DNA of 64,000 bases from an uncultured Pseudomonadota bacterium (GTDB lineage: Bacteria > Pseudomonadota > Alphaproteobacteria > JACZXZ01). A model generated the notes under the pieces. It had not been told where the DNA came from and ran no database searches. It saw nothing but the letters and a program-made list of their open reading frames with translations. Position 1 is the stretch's first letter. Each line of letters opens with the position of its first letter. The position numbers and the translations under genes are program-made. Shown here in pieces: positions 1 to 10,520 of the stretch. The DNA is taken from the NCBI GenBank assembly GCA_963749075.1, contig CAVVLJ010000017.1:224001-288000 (forward strand), given 5' to 3'.

Positions 1-233
1 TCGACAACCCATAAATCGGGAGTTTGTGCATCTGACGCACTCCTCGTCTGCACGGGCCCCGAACTGTCCCACACGAGCAAGGTCCCCACGGGGTAATTGA
101 GCCAGAGTGATTCGATTAGGTCACGCACTTGCGTAGCCTTCCAGACGAAGCCACGCTGGAATTCGGGAATGCTCCACTTGTGATTGACGGAGCGTTCAAC
201 AATATCTTTGATTGTGACTGACGCGTACGCCAT
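1..233 (-). CDS. DUF262 (GmrS/SspE-type ParB-like) domain protein, 5' part; runs off the left edge
   Basis: Manual translation from ATG 233: MAYASVTIKDIVERSVNHKWSIPEFQRGFVWKATQVRDLIESLWLNYPVGTLLVWDS...PDLWVV(D). Contains the DUF262 IPxFQRxxVW motif and YPxG, and ends where DGQQR is expected. Lower GC than neighbours. Absent from the ORF track because it is open-ended. Confidence 0.85.
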   Translation of the reverse strand, partial: MAYASVTIKDIVERSVNHKWSIPEFQRGFVWKATQVRDLIESLWLNYPVGTLLVWDSSGPVQTRSASDAQTPDLWVV

Positions 234-459
234 CGCAATTTTTCCACGGTAAGAGCGGTCAGGCTAAAGAAGATTGCGTGTAATGGTCATCGATAGTCAA
301 TTGTTATCGGCGAGCGCCCTTCGGGTTGTGAGCGACCCTCGCCGTCAATTTCCGTGAGGCGAAGAAGCCTTTGGTCGCATGCCCGGCTCTGGCGATCCCC
401 CTCACATCCTAAAAGCGCAGGCCCTCCACCTGCTGCCCGTCTTGGTCACGCGTCCGCCC

Positions 460-1551
460 CTAAATCCGGAAGTCCGTCAGCACCTCGGGCTTGAAGGCGA
501 GGCCGTGGCCGGGGCGCTCGGGGGCGCTGATGAAGCCGCCCTCGACCGGCACGGGATCGACCCAGAGATCGTCGAGGAGGCCCATGTACTCGATCCAGAG
601 GCCGTTGGGGATCGAGGCCAAGAGATGCACGTTGAGCTCGGGGAAGAGGTGCGGGGCGAGCGTCATCCCCCAGGTGTCGGCCAAGGCCGCGATCTTGCGC
701 AGCTCCGTCAAGCCGCCGCGCATCGGATCGGGCTGGAGGATGGGGAGGCGCGGGTTCTCGAGGAAGGGGCGCAAGTCGAAGCGGGTGAAATGGGTCTCGC
801 CGCCGACGATGCGCAAATCCAGCGCCTCGGCGATGCGCAGGTAGCCCGCGAAGTCGTCGGCGATCACCGGCTCCTCGAGCCAATAGACGTCGTAGGCCTC
901 GAACTTGCGCCCCATCTGGATCGCCACGTCGGCGCTCCAGCCCATGTTCACGTCGATCATGATCTCGATGCCGGGCCCCAGCGCCTCGCGCATGCGGCGA
1001 ACGTTCGCGAGGTCGGTCGCGAGGTCGTGCACGTGGGCGACCTGCATCTTGATCGCCTTGAAGCCCGCGGCCACGTAGTGCTTGGCCTTCTCGATCATGC
1101 CGTCGCCGCCGCTGCCGCGCCAGCAGCCGCTGCCGTAGGCCGGGATGGTCGAGCGGAAGTGGCCCCAGAGGCGGTGGAGCGGGAGTGACGCGCGTTTGCC
1201 GAGCGCGTCCCAGAGTGCGATGTCGAGCGCCGAGATCGCCATCATGGCGATGCCGCCGCGGCCCGCCGTGTAGGTGGCGCGCCAGAGATCGCGCCAGATG
1301 GCCTCGATGGCCGTGGCGTCGCGGCCAAGCACGCGCGGCACGATGGCCTCCTCGAGGCACATGGCGATGGTGCGCAGCACGGGCGAGAGCGGGTTGAGAT
1401 AGCCCATGCCGACGATGCCGCCCTGGGTCTCCACCTCGAGCACCAGGAGATCGCGCGTCTTGCCGAGCGCATGGCCGCGCATCCACGGCGAGTCCGGCCA
1501 AGGCATGCGCAGGAGCGTCGTGCGCACGTCGCGGATCGTCATGTCGGTCAT
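460..1551 (-). CDS. Mandelate racemase/muconate lactonizing enzyme family protein (enolase superfamily)
   Basis: ATG 1551 (MTDMTIRDVRT). Motifs SALDIALWD, KAIKMQV, MIDVN, WLEEP, GGE, APH. Confidence 0.9.
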   Translation of the reverse strand: MTDMTIRDVRTTLLRMPWPDSPWMRGHALGKTRDLLVLEVETQGGIVGMGYLNPLSPVLRTIAMCLEEAIVPRVLGRDATAIEAIWRDLWRATYTAGRGGIAMMAISALDIALWDALGKRASLPLHRLWGHFRSTIPAYGSGCWRGSGGDGMIEKAKHYVAAGFKAIKMQVAHVHDLATDLANVRRMREALGPGIEIMIDVNMGWSADVAIQMGRKFEAYDVYWLEEPVIADDFAGYLRIAEALDLRIVGGETHFTRFDLRPFLENPRLPILQPDPMRGGLTELRKIAALADTWGMTLAPHLFPELNVHLLASIPNGLWIEYMGLLDDLWVDPVPVEGGFISAPERPGHGLAFKPEVLTDFRI

Positions 1552-1601
1552 GGCGGCGGTCTCCCAGCGCTTGTGTGGGGCTGCCGAGGGTGGGCGGGCC
1601 C

Positions 1602-2336
1602 TCAGCGCGGCTCGAGGCGGTGCCAGCCCTCGCTGCCGAGCGCCTCGAGCGGGCGGAAGCGGCTCTTGTAGGACATCTTGCGGCTGCCCGCGACCCAGTA
1701 GCCGAGATAGACGTAGGGCAATCCCCGCGCGCGCGCGGTCTCGATGAGCCAGAGGATCATGTGGCTGCCGAGGCTGGGCCACGCCTCCCCGGGTGCGAAG
1801 AAGCTGTAGACCGCCGAGAAGCCGTCCGAGAGGCGGTCGGCGAGGCAGGCGGCGACGAGGGCGCCGCCCGCGTCGCGGAACTCGACGAGGGCGCTCTCGA
1901 TCGGGCTGTCCTCGACCATGCTGCGGTAGTCGTCGAAGTCCATGAGCGCCATCTCGCCCTCCCCGTGGCGCTCGGCGACGTAGCTGCGGAAGAGCGCGTA
2001 CTGCTCGCGCGTGGCGCGCGCCGGCCGCTCGGCGGCGGCGAGCACGGCGTTGGCCTTGGCGATGCGGCGCATCCAGGGCCGTGCCGCGAACTCGCGCACC
2101 ACGACGCGCACCGGCACGCAGGCCGAGCACTCCGGGCAGGCCGGGCGGAAGGCCACCTGGTGGCTGCGGCGGAAGCCGGAGCGCAGCAGCGTCTCATAGA
2201 GCCGCGGCGCACCGCCGCCTGCGAGCTCGGTGAAGATGCTGCGCTCGACCCGGCCGTAGAGATAGGGGCACGGCCGCGGCCCCGAGAGGAAGAAGCGGTG
2301 CTGGAGCCCGGCAAGGCCTTCGGATGAGCCCGACAT
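1602..2336 (-). CDS. bpt: Arginyl-tRNA-protein transferase-like aspartate/glutamate leucyltransferase (Ate/Bpt)
   Basis: PCPYL, GFRRS, RPACPECSAC, SAVYSFF, YVYLGYWV, KMSYK motifs. Start at ATG 2336 is approximate. Confidence 0.9.
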   Translation of the reverse strand: MSGSSEGLAGLQHRFFLSGPRPCPYLYGRVERSIFTELAGGGAPRLYETLLRSGFRRSHQVAFRPACPECSACVPVRVVVREFAARPWMRRIAKANAVLAAAERPARATREQYALFRSYVAERHGEGEMALMDFDDYRSMVEDSPIESALVEFRDAGGALVAACLADRLSDGFSAVYSFFAPGEAWPSLGSHMILWLIETARARGLPYVYLGYWVAGSRKMSYKSRFRPLEALGSEGWHRLEPR

Positions 2337-2399
2337 GAGGCCATTATCCTTGAGAGGCCGCCGCCTCACAAGATGGCTGCCGCGCGTGCGCCTCGGGGC

Positions 2400-2930
2400 C
2401 TAGGGCGTCACCGCGCCGAGCATCACGCGGCGCTGCGTCCTGATCACCACCGTGCCGGAGAGGCAGTCGTGCAGGCAGCGCCGGCGCGCGTCGAAGAAGG
2501 CGACGCCGAGCACCAGCCACATGAGGAGCGTCGCCGTCATATAGGCGAGGCCCCAGAAGAGGAGTGCCCGCAGGACGGCCTGGGCGAGCTCGGGCCGGGC
2601 GCCGCTCCAGCTGCGCACCTCGAGGCCGAAGGCGCGCATGCCGAGCGTGGCGGAGCGCCGCCCGCCCACCTGGAGCGCGTCGTAAGCCACGACGATGAGC
2701 GGGCTCGCCGCGAGCACCGGCAGCCAAAGGAGCCCCAGGCTCAAGATGCCGAGCACGAAGAAGAAGACGGCGAGCGCCATGAGCAGGAGTGTTATGAGGA
2801 AGAGATCGAGCAGATGCGCCAGAACGCGGCGCAGCACGATGCCCTCGTAGAATTCCGGATAGTCGAGCGGATCGGGCGGCACCTCCTGCCAGCGGCGGAA
2901 GTTGGGATCGGGCACGGGCAGCTGCGGCAC
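2400..2930 (-). CDS. RDD family membrane protein
   Basis: RRVLAHLLD, TLGMRAFGL and RRCLHD motifs with TM segments. GTG start with AGGAGGAG RBS. Confidence 0.88.
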   Translation of the reverse strand: MPQLPVPDPNFRRWQEVPPDPLDYPEFYEGIVLRRVLAHLLDLFLITLLLMALAVFFFVLGILSLGLLWLPVLAASPLIVVAYDALQVGGRRSATLGMRAFGLEVRSWSGARPELAQAVLRALLFWGLAYMTATLLMWLVLGVAFFDARRRCLHDCLSGTVVIRTQRRVMLGAVTP

Positions 2931-2988
2931 GCTGTCTCCTCCTACCGAAGCGCCGCGGGAGCCTAGGCAAGCCCGCGCGGAAAGGCAA
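2887..2988. repeat. Left copy of ~100 bp direct repeat (RDD 5' end, RBS and upstream region)
   Basis: 2887-2931 matches 8776-8820 at 44/45 nt; looser similarity continues to 'ggaaaggcaa'. Confidence 0.9.
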
Positions 2989-3577
2989 TTGAACCGTTCC
3001 CGGGAGCCGCGCGCCCGAAGAACACTGCGGACACGCGACCGACAACCGATTGAGTCGATCGCTCGTTTCTCCTCCTATGCGGGCATTTAAGAATTGGATC
3101 GATTCCAATATAACAGACATAAAAAGGACGCCAAATGTTGCAACCGGGTGGTTCAGGCGCTATTGTTAACCACTCTTCTGAACTGCGGATTTTATATTAC
3201 GCGACTCTTGGCACGGCCGCGTCATCGCCGGAGGCTGCAGTGAGCCGGACGCATCAGGTACAGATATCGAGGCCATTGGGCAGCCTTCGAGAGCGCCGCG
3301 GGAGCGCCACGGCGGCGACCGCGCGTAGCGAGGTCATCGACCCCTTGGCAGCCGCATCGTGGCGCCGCTGGCGGGCACGTGCTGATTTGCGTCGCTCCGT
3401 GGCGAATGGAAGATCGGGCCTAGGGAAAAGCGACTGCATCGGGAATTACCGCACACTGGCTCGCGGCAAGCAAGGGCTCATGCGCGTTGACGCCGGGTGA
3501 TGATCGGGCCCGTTCGAGTCTATGACAAATTTTCGTTCGAGGAGCTCGGTCGCCAGTAGATCGACTGGGAGGTAGAC

Positions 3578-4795
3578 ATGACGGCCGAGCCGTCCGTAGT
3601 CCCTTCGTTTCGGGCATTGATCCTCGAGGACCATGATTTCCAGCGGCGCGTCGGCGTCCAGGTCCTCAAACACTGCGGTGCCTCGGAAGTGCTGGAGGCG
3701 CCGGATGGCATAGCTGCTCTCGGTCTCGTCCAGGCGGCGACTCAGCCGATCGAGGTGCTGCTCTGCGACCTCAGCATGCCCGGCATGGACGGGCTGGCAT
3801 TTCTTCGCCATATCGCCGAGCTGGGTCACACGAATTCCGTCATCCTGGGCAGCGCGCTCGCTCCGTCGATCATTCGGGCCGCCGAGATCATGGCGAAGAG
3901 TTACGGGCTCCGCATCGTCGGCGCCGTCGAAAAGCCGCTGTCCCGAGCCAAGCTGATGCCGCTGCTGTTGCGCCATTTCAGCCAGACTCTCGTCCCGCCG
4001 CGACCGCCCGTCGATCTGATGCCGCTCGATGAGATCAAGTCGGGCATTGAACGCCGGCAGTTCGGGCCGTTCTTCCAGCCCAAGGTCGACATAAGGAGCG
4101 CCTCTCTCGTCGGGGTCGAGGCGCTCATGCGTTGGCACCATCCCGAGCGCGGCCTCATTCCGCCGGCGGCCTTCATCCCGGCGATGGAGTCGAGTGGCCT
4201 CATCTTGCCGGCTACGTTCATGATGATCGAGGCTTCGCTGGCCCAATGCAGCCGGTGGCGCGACATCGGGCTGGACGTTCCGATCGCGGTCAACATCTCC
4301 GTCGAGTCGCTGTGCGACACCAGCCTGCCGGATCAGCTCGAGACTATGACCCGGGCGGCGGGGCTGTTGCCGAGCTCGCTGATCCTCGAGGTAACGGAGA
4401 CGGCCGCGATGACCGATCTCGGCCGCTCGCTCGAGACGCTCGCGCGCTGCCGCATGAGGGGCTTCGACCTCTCGATGGACGATTACGGCACCGGGTTCTC
4501 CTCGATGCAGCAACTCACCCGTCTGCCGTTGAGCGAGCTCAAGATCGATCAGACCTTCGTGACCGGAGCCGCGGACCAACCCATCCTCCAAGCCATGATC
4601 GAGACCAGCGTCACGATGGCGAGGCACCTCAAACTCAAAACGGTCGCCGAAGGGGTGGAGACCAGCGACGATTGGGACGTCGTCGCCCGACTCGGATGCG
4701 AAGTCGCGCAAGGCTACTTCGTGGCCAAGCCGATGCCAGGAGAGCAATTGGCTGACTGGTACAAGGATTGGCTCGGAAGCCACGAAGCAGCCTAG
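3578..4795 (+). CDS. Response regulator with EAL c-di-GMP phosphodiesterase domain (REC-EAL)
   Basis: N-terminal REC (LILEDH, DLSMPGMDG, KP). EAL domain: FFQPKV, VEALMRW, DDYGTG, ELKID, VAEGVE, QGY. GGGAGG RBS. Confidence 0.95.
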   Translation: MTAEPSVVPSFRALILEDHDFQRRVGVQVLKHCGASEVLEAPDGIAALGLVQAATQPIEVLLCDLSMPGMDGLAFLRHIAELGHTNSVILGSALAPSIIRAAEIMAKSYGLRIVGAVEKPLSRAKLMPLLLRHFSQTLVPPRPPVDLMPLDEIKSGIERRQFGPFFQPKVDIRSASLVGVEALMRWHHPERGLIPPAAFIPAMESSGLILPATFMMIEASLAQCSRWRDIGLDVPIAVNISVESLCDTSLPDQLETMTRAAGLLPSSLILEVTETAAMTDLGRSLETLARCRMRGFDLSMDDYGTGFSSMQQLTRLPLSELKIDQTFVTGAADQPILQAMIETSVTMARHLKLKTVAEGVETSDDWDVVARLGCEVAQGYFVAKPMPGEQLADWYKDWLGSHEAA

Positions 4796-4814
4796 AACCG
4801 ACCCCCTCCGGCCC

Positions 4815-7800
4815 GTGTTGGGTAATCTCGACGGTCAAGTGATGACAAAACGCACCCTGCTAAGCCGACATTTCTGGCTGCTGCTCCTGCCGCTGGCCGG
4901 CCTGGTGACGGTGGCCGCACTCTTGATCGGCCAGCTGCGGGTCCATTCGGACTTGCACGAGTTGGCCGCCGAAGAATCCGCGCACGTCCAGCTCGGAAAA
5001 GACGAAATCGTCGAAAGACTCAGGACGCCACAGCAGCATCTGATGTCGTTACAAAAGGAGAGGCCGATCCTTGCCGCGATCGACGATCCGAGTCCGGTTA
5101 ATCGGGCCGGCATGAGCGAAGCCTTCGCGTCATTGCTCGACCGCAATCCCGAATACGACCAGGCTCGGTGGATCGATGAGAAAGGCATGGAACGGGTCCG
5201 CGTCGACAGAGGCCAAGATGGCACCGGACCCGTGGTCATCGCCGAGCCGAACCTTCAGGACAAAGCCGACCGCGATTACGTCGTTGATACGGCCCACCTT
5301 GGGATCGGCGGAATATACATCTCGCAACTCGATCTCAATATAGAGCACGGCAAGCTCAGCATCCCCTACAGGCCGACACTGCGCTTTGCGATCGCGATCG
5401 CCGATCGCGCCGGCGTTCACCGCGGCATCCTGGTCATCAATTATCTGGCCGACCCGATGCTGAAGAATTTCAAGCGCAAGACCGGTTGGGGCGATCGGAA
5501 CATCATGCTGCTTAACCGGCAGGGCTATTGGCTGGCCAGTCCGAACCCGGCGGATGAATGGGGCTTCATGTTCGGGCGAGCCATTACCCTTGGCAGCCGG
5601 TCCCCGGAGGCGTGGGCTCGGATCAGCCGAAGCGAGCATGGGCAATTCATTGACGCTAGCGGTCTGTGGAGCTGGGAGACGATCACCCCGCTGGCGGAGG
5701 CTTTGAAACGGCTGGGCGAGACGGACGCACCGACCTTGATCGTGGTTTCCCATCTGCCGGCGAAGGCGGTTCGGTCGGTCTATTTCAACGCATGGCTTCC
5801 GACCGCTCTGATCGGCATCCTCTCCGTGCTGATCCTCGCCACGTTGAGCTGGTACGTCGCGCTGCGCTCCGAACACAAGGCTGACGCGCTCAAGGCCGAG
5901 GCCGCGGCGGAAGAAAGCCGGCGGCGCGTGGCCGTACTGGAGGCGGACCAGAGAGTAGGCGCCAGGCTGGCGGCAATCATCGAGTCCACGGACGACGCCA
6001 TAGTCGGCAAGAATCTTGACGGTACTATCACCAGTTGGAATCCAGGCGCGGAAAAGCTGTTCGGTTACCGGGCGGACGAAGCGATCGGACACGGCATCCA
6101 GACGTTGCTCGCGCCGGGCCGGGAAGAGGAAGAGCGGCAGATCCTCGAACGCATCGAGCGTGGCGAGACCGTCGGCCATTTCGAGACCGTGCGCAGGCAC
6201 AAGGACGGCCACCCGATCGACGTTTCCGTGACGATCTCGCCAATTCGGGACGCCGCCGGCCGCGTCATCGGGGCCTCCAAGATCGCGCGCGACATTACCG
6301 CGGCCAAGCGCGCCGAGACCGAACTGAGCCGGCATCGCGAGCACCTCGAAGAGTTGGTCGAGGAGCGCACCGCGCAGATCGCCGAGACGACCGACCAGCT
6401 CCGCGAGCGGCAAAAGTTCATCACCACCGTCACCGACAATCTGCCGAGCATGGTCGGGTATTGGGACCGCGATTTACGCTGTCGCTTTGCCAACCGCGCT
6501 TATTTCGACTGGTTCGGCCGCACGTCCGAGCAGATGCTCGGCACAACGATCGAGGCGCTGCTTGGCGAAGAGCGGTTCCAGTCGAACCGTCCGGCGATCG
6601 AAGCGGTGCTAGGGGGTGAGCCACAACAGTTCGAGCTGGAGATCCGCAAACCTTCCGGCGAGCTCGGCTACGGTTTCGCTCACTATATTCCGGACCGCGA
6701 GGGCGACGCGGTGATCGGATTTTTCGTATTGGTCGCCGACGTGACGCCACTCAAGCTGGCCGAAGGCGAGCTGCGCCACGCCAATGACAAGCTCGAGGAG
6801 GCTCTCGCGGGGGCCAAGGCTGCCAGCAGCGCCAAGAGCCAGTTCGTCGCCAACATGAGCCATGAAATCCGGACGCCGATGAACGGCGTGATCGGCATGC
6901 TCGAAATTCTCGGCCATACCAAACTCGACGACGATCAGGCCCGGATCATCGGCACAGTGAGAGGCTCGGCTCGCTCGCTGCTGGAGGTCATCAACGACAT
7001 CCTGGATTTCTCGAAGATTGAAGCGGGGTACCTCAAGATCGAGGTCATCGCAGCCGATCCGACCGAGATCATCGAGAGCACCGCCCGGCTTTTCCTGGGC
7101 GCCGCGGCGGCCAAGGGTCTCGTCATGCGCAGCTTCGTGGCGCCCTCCGTCCGCGGCCAGTACCTGACGGACCCGGTGCGATTGCGGCAGATCCTGAGCA
7201 ACCTGGTCAGCAACGCGATCAAATTCACTTCGAGCGGCGGCGTCACGATGACCGTGGACGTCGCGCCAGGCGATGACGAAGCGGCATGCCTCTGCTTCGT
7301 CGTTGAGGATACCGGCATCGGGATCTCGCGCGAGGCGCAGGCGCGGCTGTTCCAGCCCTTTACTCAAGCGGACGATTCCACTGCGCGTAAATTCGGCGGC
7401 ACCGGCCTCGGGTTATCTATCTGCCTGCGGCTGGTCGATCTCATGGGCGGGAAGATCGGACTTGACAGCGTCGAGGGCGAGGGAACGCGGGTCACGCTCA
7501 CCCTGCCGGCACGCCCCGTCGAGAGCGACGCCGAAACTACGGCCCTCGATCTGCACGGCGTCCGCGTCGCGTTGGTCACCTCAGACAAGGTCGAGCAGCG
7601 GTATTTCCACGGCTATCTTACACATTGGGGCGCGGAGGTGACCGTGATGCAGCCGGGGTCCCGCCCTGCGACGCCGCCACCCGAATCTTTCACCCTGATC
7701 CTCGCCCCATTAGTCACGATGGAGGATATCAGGCTGGCGGCAGAAGGGGCGGATGAGATCGGGATCCCGGTCGGAGCGCCTATGCGCTTCGTTTTCTACT

Positions 7801-8768
7801 CGTACGACGACCCGCCCGTCGACCGGAACCCGACGAACGACAGCATCGAGACGACGGCCCTGTCCCGCGCCCGGATCATCACGGCCGTTGCCGTTGCGGC
7901 GGGACGGATGAGCCCGGAGACCGAAATCGTTCAAGCGCTGCCCCTGCTCGCCTCGCACGGCGCGGCCCCCTCGCGGGATCAGGCGATCAAAGAGGGAAGA
8001 CTGATTCTTCTGGCCGAAGACCATCCTGTGAACCGGGACGTGACTCTGCGCCAACTGCGTCTTCTCGGCTATGCGGCCGATGCCGTCGAGGATGGCTCGG
8101 CGGCATTGGCGGCATTGACCCGGACCCGTTATGCCCTGCTCCTGACGGACTGCAACATGCCCGAAATGGACGGATTCGCGCTGACCAGACGCATCAGGCA
8201 GGCAGAGACCGGCGGCTTCCGTCTGCCGATCATCGCTCTCACGGCTAACGCATTGGATGGAGAAGACCAGAAGTGCTTCGCCGCCGGCATGGACGACTAT
8301 CTCTCCAAACCGGTCGAGATGGCGACGCTCCGCAGCCGGCTGGACCATTGGCTGTCGGCTGGAGCGACGAACTTGGCGCAGACCATCGCGGCACCGACCG
8401 CCCTGCGAACGGCGGACGACACGGACACGGCCCCGGCGCTGAGCCTGGCCGTCCTCGCGGAATATTGCGGCGACGACCCCGCGGCGGTCAGCGAGAACCT
8501 GAAGCTGTTCGTGGACACCATGAGAGTCGACCTCGAACGCCTGTCCGCGGCGATCGCGCAGAGTAACGCCGACGAAACGCAGCTCCTTGCCCATCGGATG
8601 AAGGGGGCCGCACGGATCGTCGGCGGCCAGCGGCTCGCGACCTGCAGCGAAGCCGTGGAGCTTGCCGCTGAAGCTCGCGACTGGGCTGCCGTCGAGCGCG
8701 ACATGCCGCTGCTATTGGCGGCCGCCATGAAAATCGATCAGATGTACGATGAAATTGCTTCCGCTTGA
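4815..8768 (+). CDS. Membrane hybrid histidine kinase (Cache-like sensor, 2x PAS, HisKA, HATPase, degenerate REC, REC, Hpt)
   Basis: Two TM segments around a periplasmic domain, PAS repeats, [54 protein letters not shown]. The start may be ATG 4842. Confidence 0.95.
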   Translation: MLGNLDGQVMTKRTLLSRHFWLLLLPLAGLVTVAALLIGQLRVHSDLHELAAEESAHVQLGKDEIVERLRTPQQHLMSLQKERPILAAIDDPSPVNRAGMSEAFASLLDRNPEYDQARWIDEKGMERVRVDRGQDGTGPVVIAEPNLQDKADRDYVVDTAHLGIGGIYISQLDLNIEHGKLSIPYRPTLRFAIAIADRAGVHRGILVINYLADPMLKNFKRKTGWGDRNIMLLNRQGYWLASPNPADEWGFMFGRAITLGSRSPEAWARISRSEHGQFIDASGLWSWETITPLAEALKRLGETDAPTLIVVSHLPAKAVRSVYFNAWLPTALIGILSVLILATLSWYVALRSEHKADALKAEAAAEESRRRVAVLEADQRVGARLAAIIESTDDAIVGKNLDGTITSWNPGAEKLFGYRADEAIGHGIQTLLAPGREEEERQILERIERGETVGHFETVRRHKDGHPIDVSVTISPIRDAAGRVIGASKIARDITAAKRAETELSRHREHLEELVEERTAQIAETTDQLRERQKFITTVTDNLPSMVGYWDRDLRCRFANRAYFDWFGRTSEQMLGTTIEALLGEERFQSNRPAIEAVLGGEPQQFELEIRKPSGELGYGFAHYIPDREGDAVIGFFVLVADVTPLKLAEGELRHANDKLEEALAGAKAASSAKSQFVANMSHEIRTPMNGVIGMLEILGHTKLDDDQARIIGTVRGSARSLLEVINDILDFSKIEAGYLKIEVIAADPTEIIESTARLFLGAAAAKGLVMRSFVAPSVRGQYLTDPVRLRQILSNLVSNAIKFTSSGGVTMTVDVAPGDDEAACLCFVVEDTGIGISREAQARLFQPFTQADDSTARKFGGTGLGLSICLRLVDLMGGKIGLDSVEGEGTRVTLTLPARPVESDAETTALDLHGVRVALVTSDKVEQRYFHGYLTHWGAEVTVMQPGSRPATPPPESFTLILAPLVTMEDIRLAAEGADEIGIPVGAPMRFVFYSYDDPPVDRNPTNDSIETTALSRARIITAVAVAAGRMSPETEIVQALPLLASHGAAPSRDQAIKEGRLILLAEDHPVNRDVTLRQLRLLGYAADAVEDGSAALAALTRTRYALLLTDCNMPEMDGFALTRRIRQAETGGFRLPIIALTANALDGEDQKCFAAGMDDYLSKPVEMATLRSRLDHWLSAGATNLAQTIAAPTALRTADDTDTAPALSLAVLAEYCGDDPAAVSENLKLFVDTMRVDLERLSAAIAQSNADETQLLAHRMKGAARIVGGQRLATCSEAVELAAEARDWAAVERDMPLLLAAAMKIDQMYDEIASA

Positions 8769-8775
8769 TTCCGAG

Positions 8776-8878
8776 TGCCAGCGGCGGAAGTTGGGATCGG
8801 GCACGGGAAGCTGCGGCACGGCGCTCTCCTCCGACGCGGCGGCCGCCGGAGCCTAAGCACGCCCGCCCGGAAAGGCAA
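8776..8878. repeat. Right copy of ~100 bp direct repeat (orphaned 5' fragment of the RDD gene)
   Basis: Minus strand reads GTG-PQLPVPDPNFRRW and then diverges from the RDD gene; the GGAGGAG RBS is retained. Confidence 0.9.
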
Positions 8879-9012
8879 ACGCGCCATTGCGAGGCGCCAT
8901 TGCGAGCGATCGCCCCTGCTGCCAGGCGTTGCCGATTGCCCGATCGAGGGCCATCTAACAGGCGGACGATGGAACGCGCCCTGCGCGGTCCCGCGGGGAG
9001 AGGAGTGCCGCC

Positions 9013-9255
9013 ATGACCAGATGGCTCATCACCTTCACGCTCGCCTGCCTGCTCGCGGTCGCCGGCGTGCTGTTGGCACTCTGGGCGATGAACGGCTTCT
9101 CCGGGCTCGGCATCGGGCTGTGGGGGACCATGGCGCTCGCGGGCGGCATCGCCGCGACGGTCGCACTCGGCGTCGGGCTCATGGCGCTCGTCTTCGCGAG
9201 CGACCGCAGCGGCACGGATTCCGGGGTCGGCGGTACGGAGCCCGGCGAGCGCTGA
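9013..9255 (+). CDS. Small two-TM membrane protein
   Basis: GAGGAG RBS; two hydrophobic helices; C-terminal LMALVFASDRSG. Confidence 0.75.
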   Translation: MTRWLITFTLACLLAVAGVLLALWAMNGFSGLGIGLWGTMALAGGIAATVALGVGLMALVFASDRSGTDSGVGGTEPGER

Positions 9256-10507
9256 TCAGCCGCCGGGCTTGCCGCCGGCGGCGATGGTGAGGACGCGGTG
9301 GGCGTGCCAATAGGCAGCTGCCGCAAGCGTGCCGGCGCGCTTCCAGAACGTCGTCCGGCGGGTACTCCGCGTCCTTGTAGCTGGCCGCCGTGGTGCCGAC
9401 GTAGACGAGCGGGGCGTCGTCTTCGGAGTAGGCGCAGGCGATCTGGTGCGCGTCGGGCGCCGCCTTGGCGTCGTGCATTTGCACGCAGTGGAAGGTGAAG
9501 GGCCGGTTGTTGCTCATGAGGCCGACCGCGAAGGGCCGTGCCGCGAGCGCCGGCGCATTGAGTGCTGCGAGCTTGGCGAACTTCATATAGGCGTCCATGG
9601 CCTCCTCGACGTGGCCGTAGATGCGGTAGGCGATCGCGCTCGGGCCGGCGGCCTGGACGAAGCCCACCCGGACCTCCTCCAGGCGCTTATCTGCGCTCGG
9701 CTCGGTCTTGATCTCGACCGGCCCCGGCTTGCCGTAGTCTCCCGCGCGGCCGTTGTCGTCGAGCGGATGCGCCTCGAGCGCCGCCACGATGTCCTTGAGC
9801 TCCAGGACATGCTGCTGCCCCTTCTGCTCCGCCTGCCCCGCCGCCGGCGCTATGGGCTCCGCCTTCATGTTCGCCAGGTTCTCCTTGGCGGCCTCGTTGC
9901 CGCCTTGCGCCGCCTTCTGGTACCAGGAGATGGCGAGGCCTACGTCCTTGGGCACGCCGAGCCCCTGGGCGTAGAGATAGCCGAGGTTGTTCTCGGCATC
10001 GGGCAGGCCCTGATTGGCGGCGGCACGAAACCAGCGCGCCGCCTGCACCATGTCCAGCGCCACGCCGCGTCCGTGCATGTAGAGCAGGCCAAGGCGGGAT
10101 TGCGCGAGCGCCTCGCCGGCGATGGCGGAGCGCGTGAAGAAGAACGCGGCTTTGGCCGCGTCCTGCGAGACGCCGTCTCCCTCGTCGTACATGAGGCCGA
10201 GCGCCGTGTCGCCGAGGGCATATTGCTGCGAGGCGGCGCGGCTCAGCCAGACGATCGCGGCGTTGATATCCTTGCCCACCCCCTTGCCGAGCCAGAGCTT
10301 CATGCCGAGGGCGTATTGCGCCGCGGCGTCGCCCGCCTTGGCAGCCTCGGCGAGGGCGTCGGCGTCGCTGTCCATGGTCCAGCGCGAGGGCGGTTGGGGC
10401 GCGCCCGAGGGCGCTGCCTCGGCCGCCGCGCACAGCACGAGAAGGGCGAACGCTGCAGCCATGAGGCGGGCGGCGCGGCTCTCCCAGGCCCTCGTGCGGC
10501 GGTGCAT
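9256..10507 (-). CDS. Secreted Sel1-like repeat (TPR) protein; apparent +1 frameshift near 9341
   Basis: ATG 10507 with GAGGAG RBS, signal peptide and four Sel1 repeats (AQYALG..GxGV..D..A..W..AA). Removing one base near 9341 gives ...ERAGTLAAAAYWHAHRVLTIAAGGKPGG* ending at 9256. As written, the ORF runs to 9179 and overlaps the convergent gene. Confidence 0.8.
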
Positions 10508-10520
10508 CCTCGGTTCTCCT

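Larger units (their letters stand above)
2989..8775. mobile_element. Genomic islet carrying a REC-EAL protein and a hybrid histidine kinase, bounded by direct repeats
   Basis: Flanking direct repeat, lower GC and TTA codons in the cargo. No integrase seen. Confidence 0.65.

Noticed and set aside
1552-2130. N-terminal extension of the 556-aa racemase ORF (apparent fusion)
   Set aside because: Off-frame read-through of bpt; the real start is ATG 1551.
3135-3500. 121-aa ORF at the islet's left end as an integrase remnant
   Set aside because: No recombinase motifs or RBS recognised.
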